Shown: positions 55,082 to 64,000, counted from the first letter of the stretch. The stretch is DNA of 64,000 nt from Pyrinomonadaceae bacterium (GCA_041752475.1 JBGSWK010000042.1:15676-79675), one strand, 5' to 3'. Notes: generated by a model not told the origin, from the letters alone. Translations and numbers: made by a program.

Positions 55082-55543
55082 ATGAAGCAATCACTTTACC
55101 TTGAAACATCCGTTGTCGGGGCGTATCTCGACAACGGCGAGCCATTCCGGCGGGATCTGACGATCCGCTGGTGGGAACACGAACTGGCCGAATATCGGGT
55201 CTTCAGTTCGATTCTCGTCCGGCGCGAGCTTGAGCGGGTTGCCGAACCGCATCGAACGGGCTATTTGAACCTGATCGAGCCGCTAACGAATCTGGAGGTC
55301 GTCGAAGAAGTGGCGATCCTTGCCGAAGGTTATGTCTCGCGCGGGATTTTTCATCGCCGGTTTCTGGCCGATGCGATTCACGTCGCGCTCGCCTCATTCT
55401 ACAAGATCGACTATCTGGTCACCTGGAATTTCGGTCATCTGGCGAATGTTCGCAAACAGGCGCGAATCAAACTTTTCAATACCGCCGCCGGTTTTTTTTC
55501 TCCGGTGGTGGTCACGCCCGAGTTTCTCGTCCACAGTCTTTGA
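55082..55543 (+). CDS. PIN-like domain protein (degenerate acidic tetrad)
   Basis: YLETSVV (Glu in place of the first Asp), RRELER, DAIHVALA, LVTWNFGH - arrangement like VapC-type PIN domains. Confidence 0.5.
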   Translation: MKQSLYLETSVVGAYLDNGEPFRRDLTIRWWEHELAEYRVFSSILVRRELERVAEPHRTGYLNLIEPLTNLEVVEEVAILAEGYVSRGIFHRRFLADAIHVALASFYKIDYLVTWNFGHLANVRKQARIKLFNTAAGFFSPVVVTPEFLVHSL

Positions 55544-55616
55544 ACGCGAAATATGCGATCGGGGATGCGCTTGACGATTGTTCGTTAACGTTCGACAATT
55601 ACGACTGATCACAAAA

Positions 55617-55817
55617 ATGTACCGTCGTCCGAAATTTTTGGAAGTTTTGCTCGAGATTCGTCAGGAAATGGCGCGCGAGTCGGATTACGACGTTGACCTC
55701 TTCGCCGAAATGGTCCGTACCGGGAACTTTCCGGAAACGCTCGAAAAACCGTCGATGACAGACGACCTCAAACCGGCGGGCAGCAGACGCCCCAGCGCGA
55801 AAGCCGAAAGATCCTGA
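55617..55817 (+). CDS. Small acidic/charged protein, unknown function
   Basis: 66-aa ORF between the PIN-like gene and the next gene, which starts 3 nt after its stop; no motif recognised. Confidence 0.3.
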   Translation: MYRRPKFLEVLLEIRQEMARESDYDVDLFAEMVRTGNFPETLEKPSMTDDLKPAGSRRPSAKAERS

Positions 55818-55820
55818 ACT

Positions 55821-56609
55821 ATGGAAATTGCCTTTCAAGCCATCGGCATAGAAGTCCCCAACGAAAGCGCCTTCAATAAGCTGGCAGTCGATGTCAGCCG
55901 CCGCGGCGAGGCGTTCCTTCTGCGCCGCAACGACGGTGTCCTGCACGGCCGGTGTTTGCGATTCGGAAAGGGTCTTGAGGTTTGGACGATGCTCTACGAA
56001 TCGCGTCCGGGCGAGGTTGTTTATGCCGACTGCCGTCCGGCGTTCCGCGCCCGGAACACTCAGCGTGTCTCGCCCTGGATTCTCACCGAGCTCGCCGAAG
56101 AGGGCGCGGCAGTGATTCAGGGATATATCGAAAATTCGGAGATCGAAGTGATCTTCGAACTGCAAAATCTGACCGAGGTCGGAACGCGCGCGATCCAAAC
56201 GACAGCGCTCGATGTCGGATTGTGCGGACTCGCGTACCGGGCCGAAGTATTTGAAGGGCCCGGCGAAACCGTTTGGAAGAGTTATGACGAACTCGCCGTG
56301 AATGTTATCCAGAAAGAGAACGACTGGAGCGTGTCCGGACGCATTTTGGCCCTCGAATCGATTCGAAATACGCATTCGGGCAAAGACCTTTTCTGGTTCT
56401 GCGTCGAGGTCGGCGAGTTGAAGCTCGAAATTATGGTCAATCAGCAGGCCTTGACGGGCAACCGGATCAGCGTCGGGTCCTGGATCACCGCTGACATCTG
56501 GCTTCAGGGACACGTCGCCGTCGAACGCGGTGCCCGTCGCGGCTACGAGGGCATTGACCGAACCCTTCGTGCGTCCGACTACTGGGGCGCGCTGAAACGG
56601 CCCAATTAG
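55821..56609 (+). CDS. Hypothetical protein (262 aa), no recognisable domain
   Basis: Third-codon positions are strongly G/C (mostly C) like neighbouring plus-strand genes; the longer antisense ORF spans three plus-strand genes and is rejected. Confidence 0.55.
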   Translation: MEIAFQAIGIEVPNESAFNKLAVDVSRRGEAFLLRRNDGVLHGRCLRFGKGLEVWTMLYESRPGEVVYADCRPAFRARNTQRVSPWILTELAEEGAAVIQGYIENSEIEVIFELQNLTEVGTRAIQTTALDVGLCGLAYRAEVFEGPGETVWKSYDELAVNVIQKENDWSVSGRILALESIRNTHSGKDLFWFCVEVGELKLEIMVNQQALTGNRISVGSWITADIWLQGHVAVERGARRGYEGIDRTLRASDYWGALKRPN

Positions 56610-56641
56610 GTTTCGGCCCACGGATTCCGAATGATCCAAAT

Positions 56642-57217
56642 ATGCGTCGATTACTGACAATCGGTTCGATCCTGATCGTTCTCGCCGCCGCCGGGACAGT
56701 CGGAGTCTACCTGCTCAACCGCTATTGGGTCCATCGCTACGATGAACTGATTCTTCGCCAATCGACAGTTTACCGGCTCGATCACCGGCTTGTCTGGAGC
56801 GTTATCTACGAGGAAACATACTTTCGTGCATGGATGGTCGGCGCCGACGCCGAAGTCGGCCTGATGCAGGTCACGCCGACAGTTGCCCGTGAATGGGCGA
56901 AAGAGACCGGGCTGAAGGAGTTTGAAAAAAAGTCGAACGAGAACGTCAATGCCCTCCTGCGCGATCCCGAACGCAACATTCAGATCGGTTGCTGGTATCT
57001 TGAAAAACTTCGCGAACGCTATCACGACTTCGCCGCCGAAGACGCGATGACGCTCGCGGCTTACAATGCCGGTTCGAGCCGCGTCGAGGAATGGACGCGC
57101 GGAGCGGCCGACGCTTCGCGGATCTCCGAACAGGAGTTCATCCGTTCGATCGGGATCCCGTCCACGAAGTCATACGTGTCATCGGTCCTCGAACGATTCC
57201 GCGAGCAGAAACGATGA
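56642..57217 (+). CDS. Membrane-anchored lytic transglycosylase (SLT domain)
   Basis: N-terminal TM helix; catalytic Glu region ...EEVGLMQVTP and AYNAGSSRV motif. Confidence 0.8.
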   Translation: MRRLLTIGSILIVLAAAGTVGVYLLNRYWVHRYDELILRQSTVYRLDHRLVWSVIYEETYFRAWMVGADAEVGLMQVTPTVAREWAKETGLKEFEKKSNENVNALLRDPERNIQIGCWYLEKLRERYHDFAAEDAMTLAAYNAGSSRVEEWTRGAADASRISEQEFIRSIGIPSTKSYVSSVLERFREQKR

Positions 57218-58566
57218 AGATCTTGACCGCGAAATACGTGGTTCCGGTTTCAGCGCCGCCGATCGAGGGCGGCGCGGTTGCGTTTGAAAAAGACCGGATC
57301 GCGGCGGTCGGGACCATTTCGGAGATCCGGTCGCGGTTTCCCGACGCTGCCGTCGAAGACTTCGGAGACGCGGCGATCCTTCCGGGGCTCGTAAACGTTC
57401 ACTCCCATCTCGAACTTACCGTGCTGCGCGGGTTCGCCGACGAATTCGACGACGATTTCCGTTCTTGGTTGCTGAAGGTCACCGCGGTGCGCGGCGAGCG
57501 TCTTGACGAATCCGACATCGGTGCCGCGGCGCGTGCCGGCGCGCTCGAAGGCGCTCGCGCGGGCGTGACATGCTTCGCCGACATCGGCCGACTCGGTTCG
57601 GCCGGCTTCAATGCGCTCGTCGAAAACGGACTGCGCGGAATTTTGTATCAGGAAACCGAGTTCTCGCCCGACGACCGCACCGCGAATGACGATTTTGAAT
57701 CGCTGCGGACCAAGTTTGAATCGTTGCGGCGTGGCGAAACATCACTCGTTCGCGCCGGGATATCGCCGCACGCGCCGTACACCGTAAGCGCCGGGCTTTT
57801 TCGGTTGATCACGGATTATGCGCTTTCGAACAACGTGCCGCTGACGATCCACGCCTCGGAATCGGTGATGGAAGAGGATCTGATGCTTACCGGAAGCGGA
57901 TTTTTCGCGGGCGTTTACGAGAAGTACGGGCTCCGGTTTCAAAATCCGGCGAGTTCGACGATCGCGTATTTCGACAAGATCGGCGTTCTGCGCGCAAAGC
58001 CGTTGCTGGCGCACTGCGTCCGCGTTTCGGACGATGATATCGAACTGATCGCAAATTCTGACTCGCGCGTCGCGCATTGCCCGAAGTCGAACGCCAAATT
58101 CGGTCACGGAACGGCGCCGTTCGAAAAATTCCTCGCACGCGGCGTGAAGGTGGGCCTCGGGAGCGACTCGATGGCGAGCAACAATGTTTGCGACCTGTTT
58201 GAGGAAGCCCGGTTCGCGGCTCTTTTCGCGCGGACCGGCGGTCGAATCGCGCGGTTCGTGCAGCCGCACGAAATGATCGAGACCGCAACGCTCGGCGGTG
58301 CCCGCGCGCTCGGACTCGAAGATCAGATCGGTTCGCTTGAAACCGGAAAGCAGGCGGATCTGATCGTCGTCGGGCTCGACAACATCGCGCAGATGCCGGT
58401 CCACGACGTCAACTCCGCGCTTGTTTTTGCGACGGGCGCGCGCGATGTTCGATTGACGGTTGTCGCCGGCGAAGAGATCGTGCGGGAGGGAGTATCTTTG
58501 AAACTCGACGAGCGTGATCTCAAAAGCGAACTTCGCCGGATCGCATTGAAGATGCGTCCGGAATAG
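57214..58566 (+). CDS. Amidohydrolase-family deaminase/chlorohydrolase-like enzyme
   Basis: LVNVHSHLELT (HxH), IHASE, HC..V and GSDS metal-ligand motifs; ATGA overlap with the SLT gene. Confidence 0.8.
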   Translation: MKILTAKYVVPVSAPPIEGGAVAFEKDRIAAVGTISEIRSRFPDAAVEDFGDAAILPGLVNVHSHLELTVLRGFADEFDDDFRSWLLKVTAVRGERLDESDIGAAARAGALEGARAGVTCFADIGRLGSAGFNALVENGLRGILYQETEFSPDDRTANDDFESLRTKFESLRRGETSLVRAGISPHAPYTVSAGLFRLITDYALSNNVPLTIHASESVMEEDLMLTGSGFFAGVYEKYGLRFQNPASSTIAYFDKIGVLRAKPLLAHCVRVSDDDIELIANSDSRVAHCPKSNAKFGHGTAPFEKFLARGVKVGLGSDSMASNNVCDLFEEARFAALFARTGGRIARFVQPHEMIETATLGGARALGLEDQIGSLETGKQADLIVVGLDNIAQMPVHDVNSALVFATGARDVRLTVVAGEEIVREGVSLKLDERDLKSELRRIALKMRPE

Positions 58567-58576
58567 CGGTCAGAGA

Positions 58577-59242
58577 TCAAACGACCGTCATTATCTCGCT
58601 CAACGCTTTCCTTTTGATGTCCGGAACCTTTGCGTCAGGCGCCGGATAGCCGACCGGGATCAGCACGAACGGAACCTCAGATTTCGGCCTTCCGAGAATT
58701 TCCTGCAAGAACTTCATCGGGCTCGGCGTGTGTGTAAGCGTTGCGAGACCTGCCGTGTGGAGCGCCGCCAGCAGCATCCCGACGGCGATCCCGACCGATT
58801 CTTGAGAGTAATACGTTGGCTCCGGCTCGCCGTTCTCGACGACGGACGTGATCCGGAAGACGATTATCAGGTACGGCGCGATCTCGAGAAACGGCTTGCG
58901 TTCGTCGGTTCCGAGCGGCGCCAGACGCTTCAGCCATTTGTCGCTCATACGCTTGTGATAACTCTCGAATTCCTCGGCTTCGGCAGCTTCGCGAATCCGG
59001 CGTTTGACCTCCGGATCGCGCACGACGACAAACCGCCACGGCTGCATATTCGCGCCCGAAGGCGCCGTTCCCGCCGTCCGGATCGCGGTTTCGATGACCT
59101 CGATCGGGACCGGCTCGTCGGAGAACTCGCGGACCGTCCGGCGCCGGCCGAGACTCTCGAAAAGCGCTTGCACGCGTTCCAACTGTTCGGCGTCGGACGC
59201 CGGTCGTTTGAAATTCAGCGGATTGAATCTGGGTTCTGACAT
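58577..59242 (-). CDS. Nitroreductase-family flavoprotein
   Basis: RRTVREF...AGTAPSGANMQPWRF FMN-binding N-terminal signature, about 220 aa. Confidence 0.8.
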   Translation of the reverse strand: MSEPRFNPLNFKRPASDAEQLERVQALFESLGRRRTVREFSDEPVPIEVIETAIRTAGTAPSGANMQPWRFVVVRDPEVKRRIREAAEAEEFESYHKRMSDKWLKRLAPLGTDERKPFLEIAPYLIIVFRITSVVENGEPEPTYYSQESVGIAVGMLLAALHTAGLATLTHTPSPMKFLQEILGRPKSEVPFVLIPVGYPAPDAKVPDIKRKALSEIMTVV

Positions 59243-59263
59243 ATCGGTTCTTTGCGCGATGGA

Positions 59264-60034
59264 CTAGAGTTCGAACTCGGCGATGACCGGAGTGTGGTCC
59301 GACGGCCGTTCCCAGGTGCGCGGTTCGCGATCGATCGAGCAGTTCACGCATTTCGCCGCCAAACTCTCGCTCGTCCAGATATGGTCGATGCGTAATCCCT
59401 GATTTTTAGGAAACGCGCCCTCACGGTAATTCCACCACGAAAACTCCTGCAAGTCGCCGTTGATCCGGCGAAAGACGTCGGTAAATCCCCATTGCTTGAC
59501 GTGATGGATCGCGGCCCGTTCCGGTTTTGAGAAGTGGAGTTTGCCTTCCCAATTCTTGACGCTCCAAACATCGACTCCCTCCGGCGCGACGTTGAAGTCA
59601 CCGCAAAGCAGAACGTCCGAATCCCGCGGACAATCGTCATCGAACATTCGCCGCAGACGCTGCAGCCAGTCCAGTTTGAAGGTGAACTTGTCGGTCCAGA
59701 GTTCGGTGCCGTTCGGGATGTACGTGTTGACGATCCGAACACCGTCGATCGTTGCGGCGATCAAACGCTTCGGCGCGTCGGGCGCGTCGTCGGCAAAGTT
59801 GTACTGCGGGTTCCCGATCGAGCTCCGCGACACGATGGCGACGCCGTTGTAGCTTTTCTCGCCCATAAAAACGGAGTTGTAGCCCGCCTGAAGAAAGTCC
59901 ATTTGCGGAAATTTCTCGTCGACGCATTTGGTTTCCTGCAGACAGAGCACGTCGGTTTGAGTTGTTTCCAGCCATTGCAAAACGGCTTCAAGCCGAATCG
60001 CGATCGAATTTACGTTCCAGGTTGCGATTTTCAT
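59264..60034 (-). CDS. xth: Exodeoxyribonuclease III
   Basis: MKIATWNVNS, LQETK, GDFN, DH motifs; start ATG 60034 (the track ORF runs on through the heptamer repeats). Confidence 0.9.
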   Translation of the reverse strand: MKIATWNVNSIAIRLEAVLQWLETTQTDVLCLQETKCVDEKFPQMDFLQAGYNSVFMGEKSYNGVAIVSRSSIGNPQYNFADDAPDAPKRLIAATIDGVRIVNTYIPNGTELWTDKFTFKLDWLQRLRRMFDDDCPRDSDVLLCGDFNVAPEGVDVWSVKNWEGKLHFSKPERAAIHHVKQWGFTDVFRRINGDLQEFSWWNYREGAFPKNQGLRIDHIWTSESLAAKCVNCSIDREPRTWERPSDHTPVIAEFEL

Positions 60035-60040
60035 AGTCAG

Positions 60041-60103
60041 TAGATGGTAGACCGTAGACCGTAGACGGTAGACAGTAGACGGTTGACGGTAGACGGTAGG
60101 CCG
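60041..60103. repeat. Heptamer array, 9 units TAGACNG
   Basis: tagatgg tagaccg tagaccg tagacgg tagacag tagacgg ttgacgg tagacgg taggccg, starting 7 nt upstream of the xth start. Confidence 0.85.
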
Positions 60104-60120
60104 CAGGCAAGAGATGTCGC

Positions 60121-60169
60121 CACTGTCCACTGTCCACTGTCCATTGTCCATTGTCCATTGTCCATTACA
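60121..60169. repeat. Heptamer array, 7 units CAYTGTC
   Basis: cactgtc x3, cattgtc x3, cattaca; ends 12 nt from the methyltransferase stop, which lies in a single GTGAGCG unit. Confidence 0.85.
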
Positions 60170-60181
60170 CCTGCCCCGCGC

Positions 60182-61108
60182 TCACTTTCCCCAATTTCGT
60201 TCATAAAATACACCGTCATCGAACCCTTGGATCGACGGTTCGCGGGCGGCGATATCCAAACGCTTCTGTGCCAGCAGGCAATAGCGCTCGTCGCTTTCGA
60301 TGACGCAAAAACTCCGTCCGAGTTTCAGCGCCGCAACGGCCGTCGTCCCGCTCCCGGCGAACGGATCAAGTATCAGATCGCCCGGATTCGTCGATGCCAG
60401 GATCACCTTTGCCAAGAGCTTTTCCGGCTTCTGAGTCGGGTGGTCGGTGTTCTCTGGCATCGACCAGAAAGGAACCGTCAGATCGGTCCAGAGATTCGAC
60501 GCATGCGTCAGCCGGAAATTTCCTTCGGCCGACCGTTCCCAATCCTTCGGCGCGCCGTTCTCGGTGTACGGCGCGATCACGCGTCGCTTCACCTTTACCG
60601 CCTCGATGTTGAACACGAAGTCGTCAGAGGCGGTAAAAAACCAAATATCCTCAGACGAGTTCTTCCAGTTGCGTTTCGCGCCCCGCCCCTTCTCGCGCTC
60701 CCAAGTGATGCGGTTGCGAAGATTGAAGTATTTCATCCCGACGCGCTGGATCGCGGCCGATGAACGCCAATCTCCGCAGACATAAATCGACGCCGTCGGT
60801 TTGAGCAACGGAACGCAGAGTTTCAGCCACGAATCGAGCCAGTCTTCATACGCGTCGAGCGTTTTTTGGCGGAACGACGCCTGACCGAAAGTCTTTGTAA
60901 GATTGTACGGCGGGTCGGCAAACAGCAGATCGAACGTCGACACGGGAAGAGTTCCGAGTATCGAAAAGGCATCACCGCAAATCACCCTGTCGCGGAATTC
61001 ACGCGCATCCAACGCGATCCGTTGACGCAATTCCGCGGCCTCGGACGATCCGATCTCGATCGTCCGGTTTCTTGGGGCGCGGATCTTTTGCGGTTTCTGA
61101 GCGCTCAT
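60182..61108 (-). CDS. Beta-class DNA methyltransferase (N6-adenine or N4-cytosine), no cognate endonuclease nearby
   Basis: Motif IV FADPPYNL precedes motif I LDPFAGSGTTA (beta-class order); ATG 61108, 4 nt after the upstream stop. Confidence 0.85.
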   Translation of the reverse strand: MSAQKPQKIRAPRNRTIEIGSSEAAELRQRIALDAREFRDRVICGDAFSILGTLPVSTFDLLFADPPYNLTKTFGQASFRQKTLDAYEDWLDSWLKLCVPLLKPTASIYVCGDWRSSAAIQRVGMKYFNLRNRITWEREKGRGAKRNWKNSSEDIWFFTASDDFVFNIEAVKVKRRVIAPYTENGAPKDWERSAEGNFRLTHASNLWTDLTVPFWSMPENTDHPTQKPEKLLAKVILASTNPGDLILDPFAGSGTTAVAALKLGRSFCVIESDERYCLLAQKRLDIAAREPSIQGFDDGVFYERNWGK

Positions 61109-61112
61109 AAAC

Positions 61113-62246
61113 TCATTTCTCAAGGATCAGGCGCGCGAGCAGCAGAGCGCGTTTCGGGATGTCGTCGACGACGATGTACTCGTCCAGCGTGTGTGCTCCG
61201 TTGCCGAGGATTCCCAGGCCGTCGAGAAGCGGAACTCCGAGCGCCGCGACGAAATTCCCGTCCGAGGCGCCGCCGACCGTCGTTTCGCCAAGTTCGTAGC
61301 CAAACTTGAGAGCCGTTTTCCTCGCGCGTTCGTAGAGTTTCAACACGGCGCGGCTGCGTTCCATCGGCGGACGGTTGATCTCGCCGATGATCTCGAGCCT
61401 GACGCGAGGGTCGAACGGCTTGAGTTTCGCAATCGCCGTTTCGATCCGTTTCGCCTCTTTCATCGAAGAAAAACGGACATCGATCTCGCATTCCGAATCT
61501 GATGGGATGACGTTCGACGTCGTTCCTCCCGACACCGTACAGACATTCACGGTCGTGCCCTTTTCCGGATCGTTCAGCCCGTGGAGCTTTTCGATCTGCC
61601 GCGCGATCTCGAGGATCGCCGAAGCACCCTTTTCGGGCTCGAGTCCGGCGTGCGCCGGAATGCCATGGGCCTTGATCGTGAACATTCCGGTTCCTTTGCG
61701 TCCGGTCTTGACCCGACCGTCGGCGGAGGGTTCACAGACGAGCGCATAACCGGCAAGCGCGGCTTCGCGTTCGACGACCGCGCGTCCGCTGTGGCTTCCG
61801 ATCTCTTCGTCGCAACTGAGCAGGATCGTCAACGGTCGCGGCGGCGTCAGCCCGAGTTCCTTAAACGCCCACAGAACCTCAAGCATTAAGACGATGTTGG
61901 CCTTCATATCGAACGTTCCGCAGCCATAGAGTCTGCCTTTCTCGATCCGCGTCGGGTTCTTTTCTTTCGTCCCGCGCGGATGGACGGTATCGGTATGTCC
62001 GAGAAGCAGTGCCGGCTTTTCATCTCCGCCGAAGGCGCGGATCACGAGATGTTCGCCGAATCCTTCGACCGGCGTCCGTTCGATCCGGAAGTCGTTCGAT
62101 ATGCGCCGCGCCTCGTCTTCGATCCATCCGGCGACCATCCGGCTGCCGGCCTCGTCGCGCGACGGCGACTCGATCTCGACGAGCTGCTGGATGCGCCGCA
62201 CGATGCGTTCGAGGCGGCCCTCAAAAAACTCTTGTAATTGATCCAT
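61113..62246 (-). CDS. M20-family metallopeptidase/deacylase (ArgE/DapE/CPG2-like)
   Basis: LLLGHTDTVHP, CDEEIGS metal-ligand motifs, dimerisation-domain-sized insert. Confidence 0.8.
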   Translation of the reverse strand: MDQLQEFFEGRLERIVRRIQQLVEIESPSRDEAGSRMVAGWIEDEARRISNDFRIERTPVEGFGEHLVIRAFGGDEKPALLLGHTDTVHPRGTKEKNPTRIEKGRLYGCGTFDMKANIVLMLEVLWAFKELGLTPPRPLTILLSCDEEIGSHSGRAVVEREAALAGYALVCEPSADGRVKTGRKGTGMFTIKAHGIPAHAGLEPEKGASAILEIARQIEKLHGLNDPEKGTTVNVCTVSGGTTSNVIPSDSECEIDVRFSSMKEAKRIETAIAKLKPFDPRVRLEIIGEINRPPMERSRAVLKLYERARKTALKFGYELGETTVGGASDGNFVAALGVPLLDGLGILGNGAHTLDEYIVVDDIPKRALLLARLILEK

Positions 62247-62251
62247 AAGGA

Positions 62252-63196
62252 CTATTTCGGTTCGCCGAAGATCTTGTTAAGCGTCTCGCCGATGCGGTAT
62301 CCGGCGATCGCGAGCTGCGCTTCGGCGATCTTGTAAGCGCTTTTTTCGTAAGATCTTGGCGGCATTTGCCCGCGCGTGAGCGGGGCCGCGAAAACGTCCC
62401 GCATCGCCAGCTCAAAACTCTGTTTTTGCCAAGCGTCGTAGTTTGAAAGTTCCAGTTCGCTCGCCAACCTGGCATAAGGGAACCGTTTCATTATGCGTTC
62501 GGCGATCGGCGGCAGATAGGCGCCGTCGGGCTCCTCGTTCTTGCGTCCGACGGCGCGGTTGACGATCGAATCCCAGTACCAGTGCAGATTCATCTGGTTC
62601 TCGCGCGGCGCGTCTTTCGGCGAGAGAAGAAACAGATTTCCGCCCTGATCGCCTTTCGGTTCGAGGTCGGTAACACGCGCCGATGTGTGGAGCGGCTGAT
62701 GGATGTCGCCGCCGAGATGCAGGAACCAGGCAAGCGCGATCGCCTTGTCGGAATCGGTCGCGGACGGGTCGCGAAGCGTCTTCTCGCTCGCGGTCAATTG
62801 TTCCAACGCCTTGCCGCCGTCTTCGCTCGGATTGGGCAAGATCTCGTTCTTGCCGTTTTCGGTTCGCCAAAACGTGTCCGCGTAGTGCCAGTTGCTCCGG
62901 TGGTATTTGTTGCGCAACGGGAAATTGCGGTCGCGAACGATGTCGGACCAAAAGGTCGCGATCATAAAGAACTCGCGCTGCTTCGTTGCCGTCGAACGCG
63001 AATCCTGCGGAAAAAGGGCGGCCAGTCCCGAGTCTTCGGGTGCTTTCGAAAGGATCGCAATTACGCGTTCGCGCGCGGCCGGCGAAAGCCGCTGCCAGGC
63101 GATGTATCCCGAGATCTTGTGTCCGACATCATTCCAGGCAAAAGCCGGGAGTGAAAGCGCAAAAAACGCGGCAAGCATCAAACAACATTTTTTCAT
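62252..63196 (-). CDS. S1/P1-family zinc nuclease, secreted
   Basis: Signal peptide then WNDVGHKISGYIAW (N-terminal Trp ligand), HLGGDIHQPLH motif. Confidence 0.85.
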   Translation of the reverse strand: MKKCCLMLAAFFALSLPAFAWNDVGHKISGYIAWQRLSPAARERVIAILSKAPEDSGLAALFPQDSRSTATKQREFFMIATFWSDIVRDRNFPLRNKYHRSNWHYADTFWRTENGKNEILPNPSEDGGKALEQLTASEKTLRDPSATDSDKAIALAWFLHLGGDIHQPLHTSARVTDLEPKGDQGGNLFLLSPKDAPRENQMNLHWYWDSIVNRAVGRKNEEPDGAYLPPIAERIMKRFPYARLASELELSNYDAWQKQSFELAMRDVFAAPLTRGQMPPRSYEKSAYKIAEAQLAIAGYRIGETLNKIFGEPK

Positions 63197-63411
63197 AAAT
63201 TGACCGACTCCTTGGATCCGATTGGAAGATTCTAACGAAGTTGCGGAATTAAAAAAAGGAGCGGCGACCGACTTGTAAGGGATTTGTGTGCAAGCGCACG
63301 GACAAATCAGCGTTCAAAAATAGCATCATAAAAAGTGCAAAAACAATTTGGTGCGGCGTCTAAGAAGACGGAAGGGTAGCTGGTTAATAAGCAAATGAGG
63401 TAAGGAATCTG

Positions 63412-63669
63412 ATGGAGTTAGTTTTAGGTCAAAATCGAATCACGGAACGAACGGAATTTCGGAAGGACAAGGTGTTTGGTGACAGGATCGGAATCATGGG
63501 CAAGCTCTTCGGATGCTGGCACAAGGAACTGAGCCGTCCGTTTTCAAATCAAAGATCGTCATACCGCGCCTGTCTTAATTGCGGCGCGCTCAAAAAGTTC
63601 GACACTGAGAATCTGAGGACTTTCGGACCGTTTTACCACCCACCGGTAATATCGCCTGATGCGAGGTGA
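63412..63669 (+). CDS. Small Cys-containing protein (possible zinc ribbon), unknown function
   Basis: GCWH...CLNCG pattern; AAGGAA upstream of the ATG; an internal start MGKLFGCWH is possible. Confidence 0.35.
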   Translation: MELVLGQNRITERTEFRKDKVFGDRIGIMGKLFGCWHKELSRPFSNQRSSYRACLNCGALKKFDTENLRTFGPFYHPPVISPDAR

Positions 63670-63799
63670 TAAAGACCCCGTCAAACGCGCCTGCCAAAAA
63701 CAACCCCCCTTCGAAACGCGGCTTTCCAAAGAGCCGCGTTTCAATTTGCAGCACGGCGTCTTCGGCTGTGTCTTTTCGGGAAAAAGTTCAGGCGGGCGC

Positions 63800-64000
63800 C
63801 TAAGCAGACGCGACTCGAGGTTCATACTCGCCGCTGAAGACGAAATCGGCGCGGCCGAGGATCAGGATCTCATCGTCTTCACGCCAGGTGACGACCGTCG
63901 TTCCGCCCTCTGAGAGGACATTGACGCGCCGTCCTGTCTCGCCTCGGAACGCGGTCAGAACAGCCGCGCCGCTGGAGCAGGTTCCCGACGCCGCGGTTTC
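63800..64000 (-). CDS. C-terminal fragment of a DapF-like (diaminopimelate epimerase fold) protein; 5' part outside window
   Basis: Minus-strand frame open from the window edge to TAG 63800-63802: ETAASGTCSSGAAVLTAF...VNVLSEGGTTVVTWREDDEILILGRADFVFSGEY resembles the DapF/PhzF C-terminal half; not in the ORF track because it has no start. Confidence 0.35.
   Translation of the reverse strand, partial: ETAASGTCSSGAAVLTAFRGETGRRVNVLSEGGTTVVTWREDDEILILGRADFVFSGEYEPRVASA

Noticed and set aside
55599-56660. 353-aa minus-strand ORF overlapping the 55.6-56.6 kb genes
   Set aside because: It spans parts of three separate plus-strand genes, including their spacers. The plus-strand frame of 55821-56609 shows the strong G/C (mostly C) third-position bias seen in other genes here, and the minus-strand ORF has no recognisable motif.
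60035-60151. N-terminal extension of xth (MDNGQWTVDSG...YRLRSTVY)
   Set aside because: It is a translation of the two heptamer arrays. Canonical ExoIII begins MKIATWNVNS at ATG 60034.
60182-63196. Restriction-modification system around the DNA methyltransferase
   Set aside because: The neighbours are an M20 peptidase, an S1/P1-type secreted nuclease with a signal peptide (not a restriction enzyme type) and xth. No PD-(D/E)XK or HNH endonuclease candidate was seen, so the enzyme is treated as an orphan.

Overview
Gene-dense 64-kb chromosomal segment of a GC-rich bacterium. Gene content and repeat style suggest Acidobacteriota, but that is an unverified impression. I can support about 66 protein-coding genes and one tRNA (anticodon CAT). 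I see no rRNA, CRISPR array, cas gene, transposase, integrase or phage gene. Recognisable content: neutral-lipid genes (WS/DGAT, lipase-like hydrolase, acyl-CoA ligase), serA, lpdA, two rhodaneses plus a TPMT-like methyltransferase, hpt, rpiB, prfA/DUF1385/rpmE, a complete hydroxyproline catabolic operon with an AraC regulator, ligA, murJ, a PBP4-type peptidase, DNA-repair genes (ogg-type glycosylase, xth, S1/P1 nuclease) and an orphan beta-class DNA methyltransferase. Candidates for undescribed biology: (i) a partly translationally coupled module at 17.6-22.4 kb of hybrid histidine kinase, coiled-coil protein, Roadblock-like/TM/OmpA-like protein and Ras-like GTPase; (ii) a secreted low-complexity protein with seven CPMK repeats; (iii) an operon of a DUF4388/J-domain/TPR protein, an HD-GYP protein and a protein of unknown function that weakly resembles a Dam-type methyltransferase without a DPPY motif; (iv) a PIN-like three-gene set. 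The strongest non-coding signal is the intergenic DNA. Phase-perfect heptamer arrays (GTGAGCN/GTAAGCN) begin inside stop codons. A GGATTT/AAATCC element family fills same-strand junctions as STOP, G/T-rich arm, loop, A/C-rich arm, START. There are also 29-nt tandem arrays built around a CTGAAG hairpin, a 150-164-bp tandem array next to the tRNA, and two small elements with terminal inverted repeats. All functional calls come from motif recognition by eye on the supplied translations; no database search, folding or statistics could be run. Start codons are often uncertain because the ORF track includes GTG/TTG starts.
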